Positions 39,164 through 49,550 of a stretch of DNA of 55,776 bases are shown here, in pieces. The position numbers and the translations under genes are program-made. A model generated the notes under the pieces. That model saw nothing but the letters and a program-made list of their open reading frames with translations. It was not told the DNA's origin and did not search any database. Within the stretch, counting starts at the first letter, position 1, and each line of letters starts with the position of its first letter. Origin of the DNA: Fusobacterium sp. (GTDB taxonomy: Bacteria; Fusobacteriota; Fusobacteriia; Fusobacteriales; Fusobacteriaceae); NCBI GenBank assembly GCA_019410665.1, contig DXSD01000001.1, positions 1-55,776 on the forward strand, given 5' to 3'.

Positions 39164-40465
39164 ATGGAAAACACAGGAGCTTTAGAAAGGCTGTATAAGA
39201 TTTCAGAGAGAGGAAGTACAGTAAGACAAGAGGTAATAGGAGGAATTACAACATTTTTAGCAATGTCATACATTATTTTTGTAAACCCTTCTATTTTAGG
39301 AATGACAGGAATGGATAAAGGGGCATTAATAACAGTTACTTGTCTTACTTCTGCATTAGCTACTATTATTTCTGGACTTTGGGCAAATGCACCTTTTGCT
39401 TTAGCACCAGGAATGGGACTTAACGCATTTTTCACTTTTACTTTAGTTTTAGGAAGAGGAATTCCTTGGGAAACATCACTTGGAATAGTATTTATGTCTG
39501 GATTATTTTTCTTTGTTCTTTCTTTAGGTGGAATTAGAGAGAAAATTGCTTATGCTATCCCTATGCCATTGAAAATAGCAGTTGGAGGAGGAATAGGATT
39601 ATTTATAACTTTTATAGGGTTAATAAATATGGGATTAGTAACTGCTAATCCAGCTACAGTAGTGGGATTAGGAGAGATGAAAACTACTACATTAATAGGA
39701 ATAGTGGGATTAATCGTAGCCATAGTTTTAGAGATAAAAAGAGTTAAAGGTGGAATGCTTATAGGAATAATAGTATCTACAATACTAGGATTTATAAGTG
39801 GAGATATAGCTCTACCAGAAAAAGTTGTATCATTACCACCAAGTATAGCACCAATAGCAGGAAAGCTAGATATTGCAGGAGCATTTAAATTATCTTTAAT
39901 AGGACCTATCTTTTCATTTATGTTTGTAGATCTATTTGATACTTTAGGAACTTTAATCTCTTGTTCAAGACAAGCGGGAATTGTAGATAAAGATGGAAAA
40001 ATAAAAGGATTTGGAAGAATGCTTTATACAGATGTATTCTCTACAATAATAGGATCTGTATTAGGAACAAGTACAGTAACAACCTTTGTAGAGTCAGCAG
40101 CAGGAATAGCTGTAGGAGCTAAAACAGGACTTGCTTCAGTTGTAACAGGAGTATTATTCCTATTTGCTCTACTTTTCTCTCCATTGGTAGCTGTTGTACC
40201 AGGATATGCTACTGCATCAGCACTAATAATAGTAGGAGTATATATGTTCAAACATATAGCTGATTTAGACTTTACAGATTTAAAAACATTATTTCCTTGC
40301 TTTATAATTATTATAATGATGCCTTTAACTTATAGTATAAGTACAGGATTAAGCTTAGGATTTTTAAGCTATATTCTTATTCATTTGATAACTGGAGATT
40401 TTAAAAAGTTAAATATTCCATTAATATTCATAGGGGTACTTTGTTTAGTAAATCTATTAGTATAG
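39164..40465 (+). CDS. NCS2/AzgA-like nucleobase permease
   Basis: GGITTFLAMSYI, APGMGLNAFF, FDTLGT, ESAAG. Confidence 0.92.
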   Translation: MENTGALERLYKISERGSTVRQEVIGGITTFLAMSYIIFVNPSILGMTGMDKGALITVTCLTSALATIISGLWANAPFALAPGMGLNAFFTFTLVLGRGIPWETSLGIVFMSGLFFFVLSLGGIREKIAYAIPMPLKIAVGGGIGLFITFIGLINMGLVTANPATVVGLGEMKTTTLIGIVGLIVAIVLEIKRVKGGMLIGIIVSTILGFISGDIALPEKVVSLPPSIAPIAGKLDIAGAFKLSLIGPIFSFMFVDLFDTLGTLISCSRQAGIVDKDGKIKGFGRMLYTDVFSTIIGSVLGTSTVTTFVESAAGIAVGAKTGLASVVTGVLFLFALLFSPLVAVVPGYATASALIIVGVYMFKHIADLDFTDLKTLFPCFIIIIMMPLTYSISTGLSLGFLSYILIHLITGDFKKLNIPLIFIGVLCLVNLLV

Positions 40466-40487
40466 TTATTGATTTTCATAGTTAGAT

Positions 40488-40560
40488 AAAAATAGGGAAA
40501 ATTTACTGAAGTAGGTGTTGTAAGGGCACCAATCATTTAAAGTAGATTTTCCTATTTTTT
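40488..40560 (+). terminator. Long hairpin, probable terminator
   Basis: AAAAATAGGGAAAATTTACT...AGTAGATTTTCCTATTTTTT inverted repeat. Confidence 0.6.
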
Positions 40561-40612
40561 GTATAAAGAAGACAAAAATATAAAATTGTCTATTTTTTTG
40601 AACCAGTAGTAC

Positions 40613-40642
40613 TTTACAAAACCACTATAAATATATTATAAT
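40613..40642 (+). promoter_or_regulatory. Probable sigma70 promoter
   Basis: TTTACA-18 nt-TATAAT upstream of AGGAGG RBS and GTG 40681. Confidence 0.5.
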
Positions 40643-40680
40643 TATTAAAAGAGTGTAAATTTTAACTAGGAGGAAATATT

Positions 40681-41790
40681 GTGATAAATAGAGAGAGAAT
40701 GATTGAAAATTTTATTAATATGGCAAAAATTTCGTCTCCTTCATTAAAAGAAAGAGAAGTTGCTGACTATATAAAAAAACAATTAGAAGAACTAGGAATG
40801 GAAGTATTAGAAGATAATGCTGGGGATAAAGTTGGAGGAAATGCTGGAAATATAATAGGAGTATTAAGAGCACCTGGAAAGAAAAAAGTTTTACTAAGTG
40901 CACATATGGATACTGTATTGCCTTGTGATAAAGTAAATCCAATTATAGAAGATGGGATTATAAAAAGTGATGGAACAACTGTGCTTGGTGGAGATGATAA
41001 GGCAGGAATTGCAAACATAATAGAAGCTATTAAAGTGATTAAAGAGAATAATATGGATCACCCAGAGATCATAGTTGTTTTTTCAATAGCTGAAGAGATA
41101 GGATTATTAGGAGCAAAGGGATTCGATATAGAAAAATATTCACCAGATTTTTCATTTGTTTTAGATTCAAGTGGAAAACCAGGTATTGGAATAACTCAAA
41201 CTCCATTTTCAGCAAAGGGAAAAATGAAGATAATAGGAAGACCTGCTCATGCTGGGATTGCTCCTGAAAATGGAATAAATGCTTTAACAGTAGCTGCTCA
41301 TGCTATAACTAAAATAAAACTTGGAAGAATAGACTCTGAAACTACTTCAAATATTGGTGTAGTAAGGGGAGGAGAAGCTGTTAATATAGTTATGCCTGAA
41401 GTAACTCTTCAATATGAGGCTAGAAGTTTCTCTGGAGAGAAATTAGATAATCTTCTTAAAGAAACAAATGATATATTTGTAGAAGTAGCTAAAGAGTTTG
41501 GAGCAGAGTTTGAAAATGGAGTGGAAAAAGGGTACTCAGGATATCATTTAACTGAAGATGAGGAGATTTTATCTTACTTCAAAAAAGCTTGTGAAAATGC
41601 AGGATTAGAATATGTTACAAAGTCTACTGGTGGTGGAAGTGACTCAAATGTGTATAATGAAAAGGGGTTTAAAACTTTAACTATAGCTGTAGGAATGACG
41701 AAGGTTCATACAAAAGAGGAATATATAGAGATTGAAGATATGGTAAATACAGCAAGAATAGTTGTAGAATTATTAAAGGAATTGGCATAA
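40681..41790 (+). CDS. M20B peptidase T-like metallopeptidase
   Basis: SAHMDTV, LGGDDKAG, AEEIGL, GGGSD, VHT. Confidence 0.88.
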   Translation: MINRERMIENFINMAKISSPSLKEREVADYIKKQLEELGMEVLEDNAGDKVGGNAGNIIGVLRAPGKKKVLLSAHMDTVLPCDKVNPIIEDGIIKSDGTTVLGGDDKAGIANIIEAIKVIKENNMDHPEIIVVFSIAEEIGLLGAKGFDIEKYSPDFSFVLDSSGKPGIGITQTPFSAKGKMKIIGRPAHAGIAPENGINALTVAAHAITKIKLGRIDSETTSNIGVVRGGEAVNIVMPEVTLQYEARSFSGEKLDNLLKETNDIFVEVAKEFGAEFENGVEKGYSGYHLTEDEEILSYFKKACENAGLEYVTKSTGGGSDSNVYNEKGFKTLTIAVGMTKVHTKEEYIEIEDMVNTARIVVELLKELA

Positions 41791-41791
41791 A

Positions 41792-42628
41792 ATGCTAAGA
41801 GGAAAAAAAGAGAAAAAAGGCCAAGCTAAGAGAAAAATTATTATAATATTTTTTGTTATTATATTTATATTTGTACTTTTTAAAGGTGCGGTTAATTCAG
41901 GTATAGATATAATCAGTCACACTATCTTTCCAATTCAAAGAAAAATATATCAAGTGGGAAGATTTTTACAGGAAACTTCTGAAGCAGTAGTGAGCTATAA
42001 GAAAGTATTAGAGGAGAATAGGGTATTAAAAACTGAGCATGTAAAATATGATATTTTAGTTTCAGAAAATAAAAAACTTAGTGATGAAAATAATAGGTTG
42101 AGAGATATTTTACAGATGAAAGAGGAAAAGGGATTAAATATAAGGGTAGCTAAAATTAATTTTAGAAATGCTAATAATCTATATGAAAGATTCTATATTG
42201 ATTTAGGGAAAAAAGATGGAATTGAAAAAAATTACATTGTTCTAGCTGGAGAAAACTTAATAGGAAAAGTTGGAAAGGTTTACAATGACTATTCAATAGT
42301 AGATATGATAACTGCTGAAGATTATATAGTTAGTTCTCTAACGGAAAATGGAGCCTTAGGTGTTTTAAGAGGAAGCGATGAAGGAGATGGAACACTATAT
42401 TTTGAAGCTAATACTTTTGATGATACTGTAAGTGTAGGTGAGAAGATATATACATCAGGAATAAGTGAAATCTATCCTAAAGATCTGTATCTTGGAAAAG
42501 TGAAAGAAGTATCAGAAAGCGGAGTAGAGATTTTAAAAAGTATAAAAGTTGAGACTGAAGTTGATATAAGAAATTTAGTTGAAGTTTTAATTTTAGTTCC
42601 AAATAGTGAAAAGAGGACAAAAAAATGA
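41792..42628 (+). CDS. mreC: Rod shape-determining protein MreC
   Basis: N-terminal TM, coiled coil (ENNRLRDIL), IDLGKKDGI, TSGISEIYP. Confidence 0.85.
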   Translation: MLRGKKEKKGQAKRKIIIIFFVIIFIFVLFKGAVNSGIDIISHTIFPIQRKIYQVGRFLQETSEAVVSYKKVLEENRVLKTEHVKYDILVSENKKLSDENNRLRDILQMKEEKGLNIRVAKINFRNANNLYERFYIDLGKKDGIEKNYIVLAGENLIGKVGKVYNDYSIVDMITAEDYIVSSLTENGALGVLRGSDEGDGTLYFEANTFDDTVSVGEKIYTSGISEIYPKDLYLGKVKEVSESGVEILKSIKVETEVDIRNLVEVLILVPNSEKRTKK

Positions 42629-43185
42629 AGAGAATCTTAATAATATCATTATTTATATTTAGTAGTTTTTTTTCTTATGGTGCCGAGCTAAATCAAATAA
42701 GAAATCTTACTACGAAGGTTAGTGAGAGTTTAAAAATAAATGGAAAAGAGAAGAAAAGTAAGTATAATCTATTCTATATTTTTCCAAATTTTATGAGAAA
42801 AGAGATTATTGAGCCTAAGTTTAATAAAGGGGAAATATATATTTATAATCAAGATAAAAAAATTGTATATCTTCCACTTTTTGAGCAAACTACAGAAGAA
42901 GAGATTAAAGATAATGAAAATGATATTTTAAATACAATTAAGTTTATACTAAACAAAGAGAAAGAAGATGAGAAATTTAAAAATGATTATTACTCCAAAA
43001 AGGTAGAAAATATAGTTTTAGAGAATAATACATTGATAAAAATAGATAAGCTTAAGATGTTTAATGGTTATTTATTACCTACTATCTTTAAAATCTATGA
43101 TGGAGATATTCTAGTAGCAGAGTTAAAAATTGAAAACTATGAAGTTAATTCTGATATTAGAATAGAGGAGTTATCTAAAATATGA
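42625..43185 (+). CDS. Exported protein, possible LolA-like fold
   Basis: Signal peptide; FPNFMRKEIIEP...IYIYNQDKKIVYLP...Q pattern resembling LolA. Confidence 0.5.
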   Translation: MKRILIISLFIFSSFFSYGAELNQIRNLTTKVSESLKINGKEKKSKYNLFYIFPNFMRKEIIEPKFNKGEIYIYNQDKKIVYLPLFEQTTEEEIKDNENDILNTIKFILNKEKEDEKFKNDYYSKKVENIVLENNTLIKIDKLKMFNGYLLPTIFKIYDGDILVAELKIENYEVNSDIRIEELSKI

Positions 43186-43898
43186 TCAAGTTTATAAATG
43201 ATAGAGGATTAATTATTAATAAACAAGATTTTGGAGAAGCTGATAGATATATAACTGTTTTTACAGAGAACTTTGGAAAGCAAACTTTTTTGTTAAAGGG
43301 AGTGAGAAAAAGTAAAAAAAGAGAGATAAGCTCTATAGATGTGCTATCTTTGACAAATTTCTCCTTTTATAAAAAAGGTGACAGCTACATAGTAAGCAGT
43401 TTCAATGGAATAGAGGATTATTTAGATATAAAATCTGATCTCGAAAATTTAGGAATAGCTTTATATTTTTTAGCTTTGCTAAACAGTATTTTAATGGAAA
43501 ATAATAGAAAAAAATCTTTATATCAAATAAGCATAAGAAGCTTAGAATTTTTAAAAACAAACAAAGATATAAGAAAAAATTATATTCTTGTAGGGTATTT
43601 TATCTATTATATAATAAAAGATGAAGGTCTTAAAATAAATATAGGGAAAGGAAATAATTTCTCATTTGAAAAATCAAGCTTTATTTCAGAAAATGAAAGG
43701 GGAATTTACAAGGTTTCTGAAAAAGAGAAAAAGATAATAGAAAAATATGTAAATGGAAGAGCAAAAGATATAAAAATTGAAGAGGATGAGTTAGAAAATA
43801 TAAAAAATGTTATATCTCTTTTAGAAAAGTATGTAAATTTTTATTTAGGAATAGATATTAAACTAAAAAATTATATTATGGAGGCTAGAAATGACTAA
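43182..43898 (+). CDS. recO: DNA repair protein RecO
   Basis: DFGEADRYITVFTENFGK...KGVRK OB-fold N-terminus. Confidence 0.85.
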   Translation: MIKFINDRGLIINKQDFGEADRYITVFTENFGKQTFLLKGVRKSKKREISSIDVLSLTNFSFYKKGDSYIVSSFNGIEDYLDIKSDLENLGIALYFLALLNSILMENNRKKSLYQISIRSLEFLKTNKDIRKNYILVGYFIYYIIKDEGLKINIGKGNNFSFEKSSFISENERGIYKVSEKEKKIIEKYVNGRAKDIKIEEDELENIKNVISLLEKYVNFYLGIDIKLKNYIMEARND

Positions 43899-44361
43899 TA
43901 TTATTAAAATAACTAGCTATATGTCTGAGGAATTAATTTCTCTAAATTTAAATGCTAAAACAAAGGATGAAGTTTTGGTAGAGCTTTCAAAATTAATTGA
44001 AAATTCTTCTAATATCTCAAGTGAGGGGAATATGATTTACAAGGCCCTTGTTGAGAGAGAAAAGCTAGGAAGTACAGGGATAGGAAAGGGAGTGGCAATA
44101 CCCCATGCTAAAACTGAGGCTGCAAAAAAATTAACAATTGCTTTTGGAGTAACTAAAGAGAAGATAGATTTTAAGTCGATGGATAATGAGAAAGTAAATC
44201 TGTTTTTTGTCTTTGCTTCTCCAAATCAAGATAGTCAAATATATTTAAAAGTATTAGCAAGAATTTCCCGTTTAATAAGAGAGGAAAGCTTTAGAGAGGG
44301 ACTTTTAAATTGTAAAACTCCTAAAGAAGTTATGGATTATATTGATAAAAAAGAGAGTTGA
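43891..44361 (+). CDS. PTS EIIA (Fru/Ntr-type) domain protein
   Basis: REKLGSTGIGKGVAIPHAK phospho-His motif. Confidence 0.9.
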   Translation: MTNIIKITSYMSEELISLNLNAKTKDEVLVELSKLIENSSNISSEGNMIYKALVEREKLGSTGIGKGVAIPHAKTEAAKKLTIAFGVTKEKIDFKSMDNEKVNLFFVFASPNQDSQIYLKVLARISRLIREESFREGLLNCKTPKEVMDYIDKKES

Positions 44362-44367
44362 TGAGCT

Positions 44368-44835
44368 ATGAGATGCCCATTTTGTGGATCTGAAGATACT
44401 AAGGTTATAGATAGTCGTTCTTTTATGGAGGGATTTTCTATTAAAAGACGTCGTGAGTGTATAAAGTGTGAAAAGAGATTTACTACTTATGAAAAAATAG
44501 AAGAGATCCCACTATATGTAGTAAAAAAAGATAATAGAAGAGAAAAATTTGATAGAAATAAGTTACTTAGAGGGTTAAGAAATGCTACTATAAAGAGAAA
44601 TATAAGCAGAGAAGATTTAGAAACCTTTGTATTGGAAATTGAAAAGTCAATACAAAACTCCCTTAGAAATGAGATCCCAAGTAAAGAGCTAGGAGAAATG
44701 GTTATGGAAAAGTTACTGAAGGTTGATGAGGTAGCTTATGTTAGATTCGTATCTGTTTATAAAGAGTTTAAAGATATAGAGTCATTTATAGAGTTAGTAG
44801 AGAAGATAGGAAAGGATAGAAAGGAAAATAGATGA
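44368..44835 (+). CDS. nrdR: Transcriptional repressor NrdR
   Basis: CPFC, RRRECIKC..RFTTYE, ATP cone, VAYVRF. Confidence 0.96.
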   Translation: MRCPFCGSEDTKVIDSRSFMEGFSIKRRRECIKCEKRFTTYEKIEEIPLYVVKKDNRREKFDRNKLLRGLRNATIKRNISREDLETFVLEIEKSIQNSLRNEIPSKELGEMVMEKLLKVDEVAYVRFVSVYKEFKDIESFIELVEKIGKDRKENR

Positions 44836-45764
44836 GAATTTTATTTATGGGAACACCTGAGTTTGCAGTTCCATCATTTGATATACTAAATTCAGAGTAT
44901 GATATAGTAGGAGCTTTTACTAAGGTAGATAAACCTAATATGAGAGGTAAGAAAATTAAGTTTACTCCAGTAAAAGAGTATGCCTTAGAGCACAATATTC
45001 CAGTGTATCAACCAAATAGTCTAAAAAATGAGGAAACTCAAAATTTAATAAAAGAGTTAAATCCTGATTTAATAGTTGTAGTAGCTTATGGAAAGATACT
45101 ACCTAAAGAGATAATAGATATTCCTAAATATGGAGTAATAAATGTTCATTCATCATTATTACCAAAGTATAGAGGAGCTGCTCCTATTAATGCTGCTCTA
45201 ATCCATGGAGAAAAAGAGAGTGGAGTAAGTATAATGTATATTGCTGAAGAGTTAGATGCTGGAGATGTTATACTAAAAGTAAAAACAGAGATTACTGATG
45301 AGGATACTTTTTTAACTTTACATGATAGATTAAAGGAGTTAGGAGCAAAGGGATTATTAGAAGCTGTTAAATTAATAGAGAAAGAGGAAGCTCCTAGAAC
45401 TCCACAAAATCACAATGAAGCAACATTTGTAAAACCATTTTCAAAAGAGGATTGTAGAATTGATTGGAATAGATCTGAAAGGGAGATATTTAATTTTGTA
45501 AGAGGGATGAATCCATTTCCAACAGCTTTTACCACTTGTGATGAGAAGATATTTAAAATTTATGAGGTAAAAGAGAATTTTAAAGTGTATGAAAGTGGAG
45601 CTTGTGGAGAAGTTGTAGATATTAAAAAGGGAATGGGAGTAGTAGTTAAAACAGGAGATGGAAGTGTAGTTTTAACTCAAGTTAAACCAGAAAATAAGAA
45701 GCTTTTAAGTGGTACAGACATTATAAATGGAGGTATGTTAAAAGTAGGAGATATACTAAAATAG
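44832..45764 (+). CDS. fmt: Methionyl-tRNA formyltransferase
   Basis: FMGTPEFA, VVAYG, NVHSSLLPKYRGAAPI, LDAGD. Confidence 0.96.
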   Translation: MRILFMGTPEFAVPSFDILNSEYDIVGAFTKVDKPNMRGKKIKFTPVKEYALEHNIPVYQPNSLKNEETQNLIKELNPDLIVVVAYGKILPKEIIDIPKYGVINVHSSLLPKYRGAAPINAALIHGEKESGVSIMYIAEELDAGDVILKVKTEITDEDTFLTLHDRLKELGAKGLLEAVKLIEKEEAPRTPQNHNEATFVKPFSKEDCRIDWNRSEREIFNFVRGMNPFPTAFTTCDEKIFKIYEVKENFKVYESGACGEVVDIKKGMGVVVKTGDGSVVLTQVKPENKKLLSGTDIINGGMLKVGDILK

Positions 45765-45776
45765 AAAGGCAATAAA

Positions 45777-46628
45777 ATGATAAAACTAGATGGAAAAGAG
45801 TTAGCATTAAAAATTAAAACAGAGATAAAAGAGGAAGTTTTCCAACTTAGAGAAAAATTAGGAAGAGTACCAGGATTAGCAATTGTCCTTGTAGGAGAGA
45901 ATCCAGCTTCTAAGATATATGTAAATTCTAAAATAAAAGGATGTAGTGAATTAGGTTTTGAAAGCTTTGCTCATTTTTTATCAACAGATATAAGTGAAAA
46001 TGAACTTTTAGAAGTTATAGAGGAACTAAATAGAGATGAGAGAGTAAATGGAATATTGGTACAACTTCCTTTACCTAAACATATAGATGAAAAAAAAGTG
46101 ATTGATAAAATAGCAATTGAAAAGGACGTAGATGGGTTTAAACCAGAAAATTTAGGACTTTTGATGTTAAATGATAAAGAAGCAATGATATCTTGTACCC
46201 CTGCAGGAATAATGGAGATTTTTAAAGAATACTCTATAGATTTAAAGGGAAAAGATGTAGTTGTAGTAGGTAGAAGTAATATAGTAGGAAAACCAATGGC
46301 TAGTTTAATGATAAATGAGGGAGCTACAGTTACAGTATGCAATAGTAATACTAAAAATTTAACTGAGAAAACTAAAGCTGCTGATGTTGTAGTAATGGCA
46401 ATTGGAAAAGCAAAATTCTTAAAAAATGAGATGGTAAAGACAGGAGCCACTATAATAGATGTTGGAATAAATAGAACTGAAGATGGACTATTTGGTGATG
46501 TAGATTATGAAAATGTAAAAGATAAAGTTGAGTATATAACACCTGTTCCTGGTGGTGTTGGACCAATGACTGTAGCAATGCTATTTAAAAATACGCTAAA
46601 AGCTTTTAAAAAAGCTAATCTGAAGTAA
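45777..46628 (+). CDS. folD: Methylenetetrahydrofolate dehydrogenase/cyclohydrolase
   Basis: ILVQLPLP, KDVDG, CTP, GRSNIVGKP, TPVPGGVGPMT. Confidence 0.97.
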   Translation: MIKLDGKELALKIKTEIKEEVFQLREKLGRVPGLAIVLVGENPASKIYVNSKIKGCSELGFESFAHFLSTDISENELLEVIEELNRDERVNGILVQLPLPKHIDEKKVIDKIAIEKDVDGFKPENLGLLMLNDKEAMISCTPAGIMEIFKEYSIDLKGKDVVVVGRSNIVGKPMASLMINEGATVTVCNSNTKNLTEKTKAADVVVMAIGKAKFLKNEMVKTGATIIDVGINRTEDGLFGDVDYENVKDKVEYITPVPGGVGPMTVAMLFKNTLKAFKKANLK

Positions 46629-46637
46629 GGAGAAAAT

Positions 46638-47087
46638 ATGGGAAAAAACGAGAAAAGAGAGTATTATATAGTAGATAAAAGAATACTACCAAACTCTATT
46701 CAAAGTGTAATCAAAGTAAATGATTTAGTACAACATACTAAAATATCAAAATATGAGGCGATAAAAAAAGTTGGAATTAGTAGAAGTACATATTACAAAT
46801 ATAAAGATTATATAAAGCCGTTTTTTGAAAGTGGTAAAGATAAGGTGTTTAGTATTCATATGTCATTAGTAGATAAGCCTGGAATACTAGCTAGTATATT
46901 AAATATAATAGCAGAAGAGGATATGAACGTACTAACAATAGTTCAAAATATAGCAGTAGATGGAATAGCTAAATCAACTATCTCTATACAAACAACAGAG
47001 AATATGCTTAGAAAAATTGAGGGGATGTTAGAGAAAATATCAGAAGTTGATGGAGTAAAAGATTTAAGAATAATAGGAAGTAATTAA
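46638..47087 (+). CDS. ThrR/PheB-like HTH-ACT regulator
   Basis: VGISRSTYYKYKD, C-terminal ACT domain (DKPGILA, NVLTIVQN). Confidence 0.85.
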   Translation: MGKNEKREYYIVDKRILPNSIQSVIKVNDLVQHTKISKYEAIKKVGISRSTYYKYKDYIKPFFESGKDKVFSIHMSLVDKPGILASILNIIAEEDMNVLTIVQNIAVDGIAKSTISIQTTENMLRKIEGMLEKISEVDGVKDLRIIGSN

Positions 47088-47105
47088 AATATCTTGGAGG
47101 CATAA

Positions 47106-47561
47106 ATGAAAATAGATGTAAAAACTATAAGAGAACTGGCAGAAAATATTGAAAAGTATAATTTAAATGAGATTGCTTTAGAAAGTGAAGGAATAAAGTT
47201 AGTTTTAAAAAAGGAGAAGCCTGTTAAGGTAGAGAGTATTCAAGTACCTCAACAAGTTATTTCACAACAATATGTACAACCAGTTGATGAAACAGAGGAT
47301 AAAGAGGAGAGAGTAGAAAAAGTAGAGGGAGAATGTATATTAGCTCCAATGGTAGGAACATTCTATAGATCATCAGCTCCTGGAAATCCAGCTTTTGTAG
47401 AAGAGGGAGATAATGTATCCACTGGAGATACACTATGTATAATTGAAGCTATGAAGTTGATGAATGAAGTAAAAGCAAATAAAAAATGTAAAATTGTAAA
47501 AATTTTAGTAGAAGATGGACAAACAGTAAAAAAAGGAGATAAGTTATTTGTAATTGAATAA
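47106..47561 (+). CDS. accB: Biotin carboxyl carrier protein
   Basis: APMVGTFY, IEAMKLMNEV biotinylation motif. Confidence 0.93.
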   Translation: MKIDVKTIRELAENIEKYNLNEIALESEGIKLVLKKEKPVKVESIQVPQQVISQQYVQPVDETEDKEERVEKVEGECILAPMVGTFYRSSAPGNPAFVEEGDNVSTGDTLCIIEAMKLMNEVKANKKCKIVKILVEDGQTVKKGDKLFVIE

Positions 47562-47596
47562 CTAAAATATAAAAATAAGGGGAGTGGAGATACAAA

Positions 47597-48880
47597 TTGG
47601 ACACGTATCAAAATATTTTGTTGTTAATTATTTTAATTATGTTATCTGGGTTCTTTTCAGCTTCAGAAACTGCACTGACTTCATTTAGAAGTATTCATTT
47701 AGAAAAATTTGAAGAGGTAGGAGAGGGAGGAAAAGTTGAACTTTTAAAAAAATGGCTAAAAAATCCTAATGAGATGTTAACAGGACTTTTAGTAGGAAAT
47801 AATATAGTAAATATATTAGCTTCATCAATAGCAACTGCAGTAACAATAAATATAATGGGAGGAACCTCTAAATCTTCCATAGCAATTGCAACTATAGGAA
47901 TGACTATTATACTGCTTATTTTTGGAGAGATTACTCCTAAAATAATAGCTAAAAATCAGTCTATAAAAATAGCTGGTTTAGTTATAAGAATTGTATATAT
48001 GCTTGCCTTAATATTAAAACCTGTAATAAAGATATTGATGTTTGTATCAAAATTTATAGGAAGACTTTTAGGAATTGATTTAAAAGATGAAACTATAATG
48101 ATCACAGCTGAAGATATAATATCTCTAGTAAATGTGGGAGAAGCAGAAGGAGTTATCGAAGAGGAAGAGAAGGAGATGATTAACTCAATAGTTGGTTTTG
48201 GAGAGACTACTGCTAAAGAGGTAATGACTCCAAGAACTTCTATGTTAGCCTTTGAAGCTAATGATACTTTAGATGAGGTATGGGAAGAGATAATAGAAAA
48301 TGGATTTTCTAGAATACCAGTATATGAAGATACTATTGATAATATAATTGGAGTTCTTTATATAAAAGATATTTTAGGTGTAGTAAAAGATGGAAAAACT
48401 GACACTCCTATTAAAAACTTTTTAAGACCTGGGTACTTTGTTCCTGAAACTAAATCTATAATAGAGATTTTGCAAGAATTTAGAAGTATGAAGGTTCATA
48501 TTGCATTAGTATTAGATGAATATGGTGGAATAGTTGGACTAGTAACTATAGAGGATTTAATAGAGGAAATTACAGGAGAGATTCGTGACGAGTATGATAC
48601 AGAAGAGGACGAGTTTATCTATAAGGTTGATGATAATACTTATGAAATAGATGGTATGATAAACATAGAGACTTTAAATGAGGAACTTGGAATTAATCTT
48701 CCTGTCTCAGAAGATTATGAGAGTTTAGGAGGACTTATAGTCACAGAGCTAGGAAGAGTAGCTATGGTTAATGATGAGATAGTTATTTCTGGAATTAGAT
48801 TAAAGATTTTAGAAGTAGAAAAAATGAGAGTAGCTAAAGTTCTAGTGGAATTAAATGTAGGAGATAAAGATGATAAATAA
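47597..48880 (+). CDS. CNNM/CorC (HlyC) family transporter, TTG start
   Basis: FFSASETA, FGEITPK, CBS pair (FSRIPVY, DEYGG, TIEDLIEE), CorC C-terminus. Confidence 0.9.
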   Translation: MDTYQNILLLIILIMLSGFFSASETALTSFRSIHLEKFEEVGEGGKVELLKKWLKNPNEMLTGLLVGNNIVNILASSIATAVTINIMGGTSKSSIAIATIGMTIILLIFGEITPKIIAKNQSIKIAGLVIRIVYMLALILKPVIKILMFVSKFIGRLLGIDLKDETIMITAEDIISLVNVGEAEGVIEEEEKEMINSIVGFGETTAKEVMTPRTSMLAFEANDTLDEVWEEIIENGFSRIPVYEDTIDNIIGVLYIKDILGVVKDGKTDTPIKNFLRPGYFVPETKSIIEILQEFRSMKVHIALVLDEYGGIVGLVTIEDLIEEITGEIRDEYDTEEDEFIYKVDDNTYEIDGMINIETLNEELGINLPVSEDYESLGGLIVTELGRVAMVNDEIVISGIRLKILEVEKMRVAKVLVELNVGDKDDK

Positions 48881-49550
48881 ATTTAAATCATACTTCTATA
48901 CAGGGTTGATCGCTTTGCTACCAATTGTATTGACAGTATATATATTTAACTGGATAGTGGGAATAATGATGACTCTATTAGGAAACTCTTTTATCACAAT
49001 AATAATAAAAGAGTTACTTGGAAGATTTGTAGAAGAGGGAGATACAGAGTATTATTTTCAACTTTTAGTATATGTAATTTCATTGATAACAATGGTAAGT
49101 GGAACTTGTATAGTTGGATTTATTTTAAAGATTGTTTTTTTTGCTAGAATAATAAAAAATGTAAAAGAAGTAGTTTTAAAAATTCCATTGATAAAACAGG
49201 TGTATACTACTATTAGCCAAATAATAGAGATAACTATGTCAGATAGGGAGAAATCCTATGAAAAGGTGGTTATGGTAGAGTATCCTAGAAAAGGTATTTA
49301 TAGTATAGGTTTTTTAACCTCTGAAAATAATTTCATAGTGAGTGAAGCTATTGAAAGTGAGGAAAAACTTTATAATGTTTTTATTCCAACTTCACCTAAT
49401 CCTACTTCAGGAATGTTTATAATTGTTCCTGCAAAAGATGTAAAGTTACTTGATGTAAAGATAGATGATGCAGTGAAAATGATTATATCAGGTGGGGTTA
49501 TTCTTCCAGAGAAAAAGGAGTATAAAAATATTGAGGCAAAAGAAGAGTAG
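48870..49550 (+). CDS. DUF502 family membrane protein
   Basis: VEYPRKG, VFIPTSPNPTSG, MIISGG. Confidence 0.85.
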   Translation: MINKFKSYFYTGLIALLPIVLTVYIFNWIVGIMMTLLGNSFITIIIKELLGRFVEEGDTEYYFQLLVYVISLITMVSGTCIVGFILKIVFFARIIKNVKEVVLKIPLIKQVYTTISQIIEITMSDREKSYEKVVMVEYPRKGIYSIGFLTSENNFIVSEAIESEEKLYNVFIPTSPNPTSGMFIIVPAKDVKLLDVKIDDAVKMIISGGVILPEKKEYKNIEAKEE

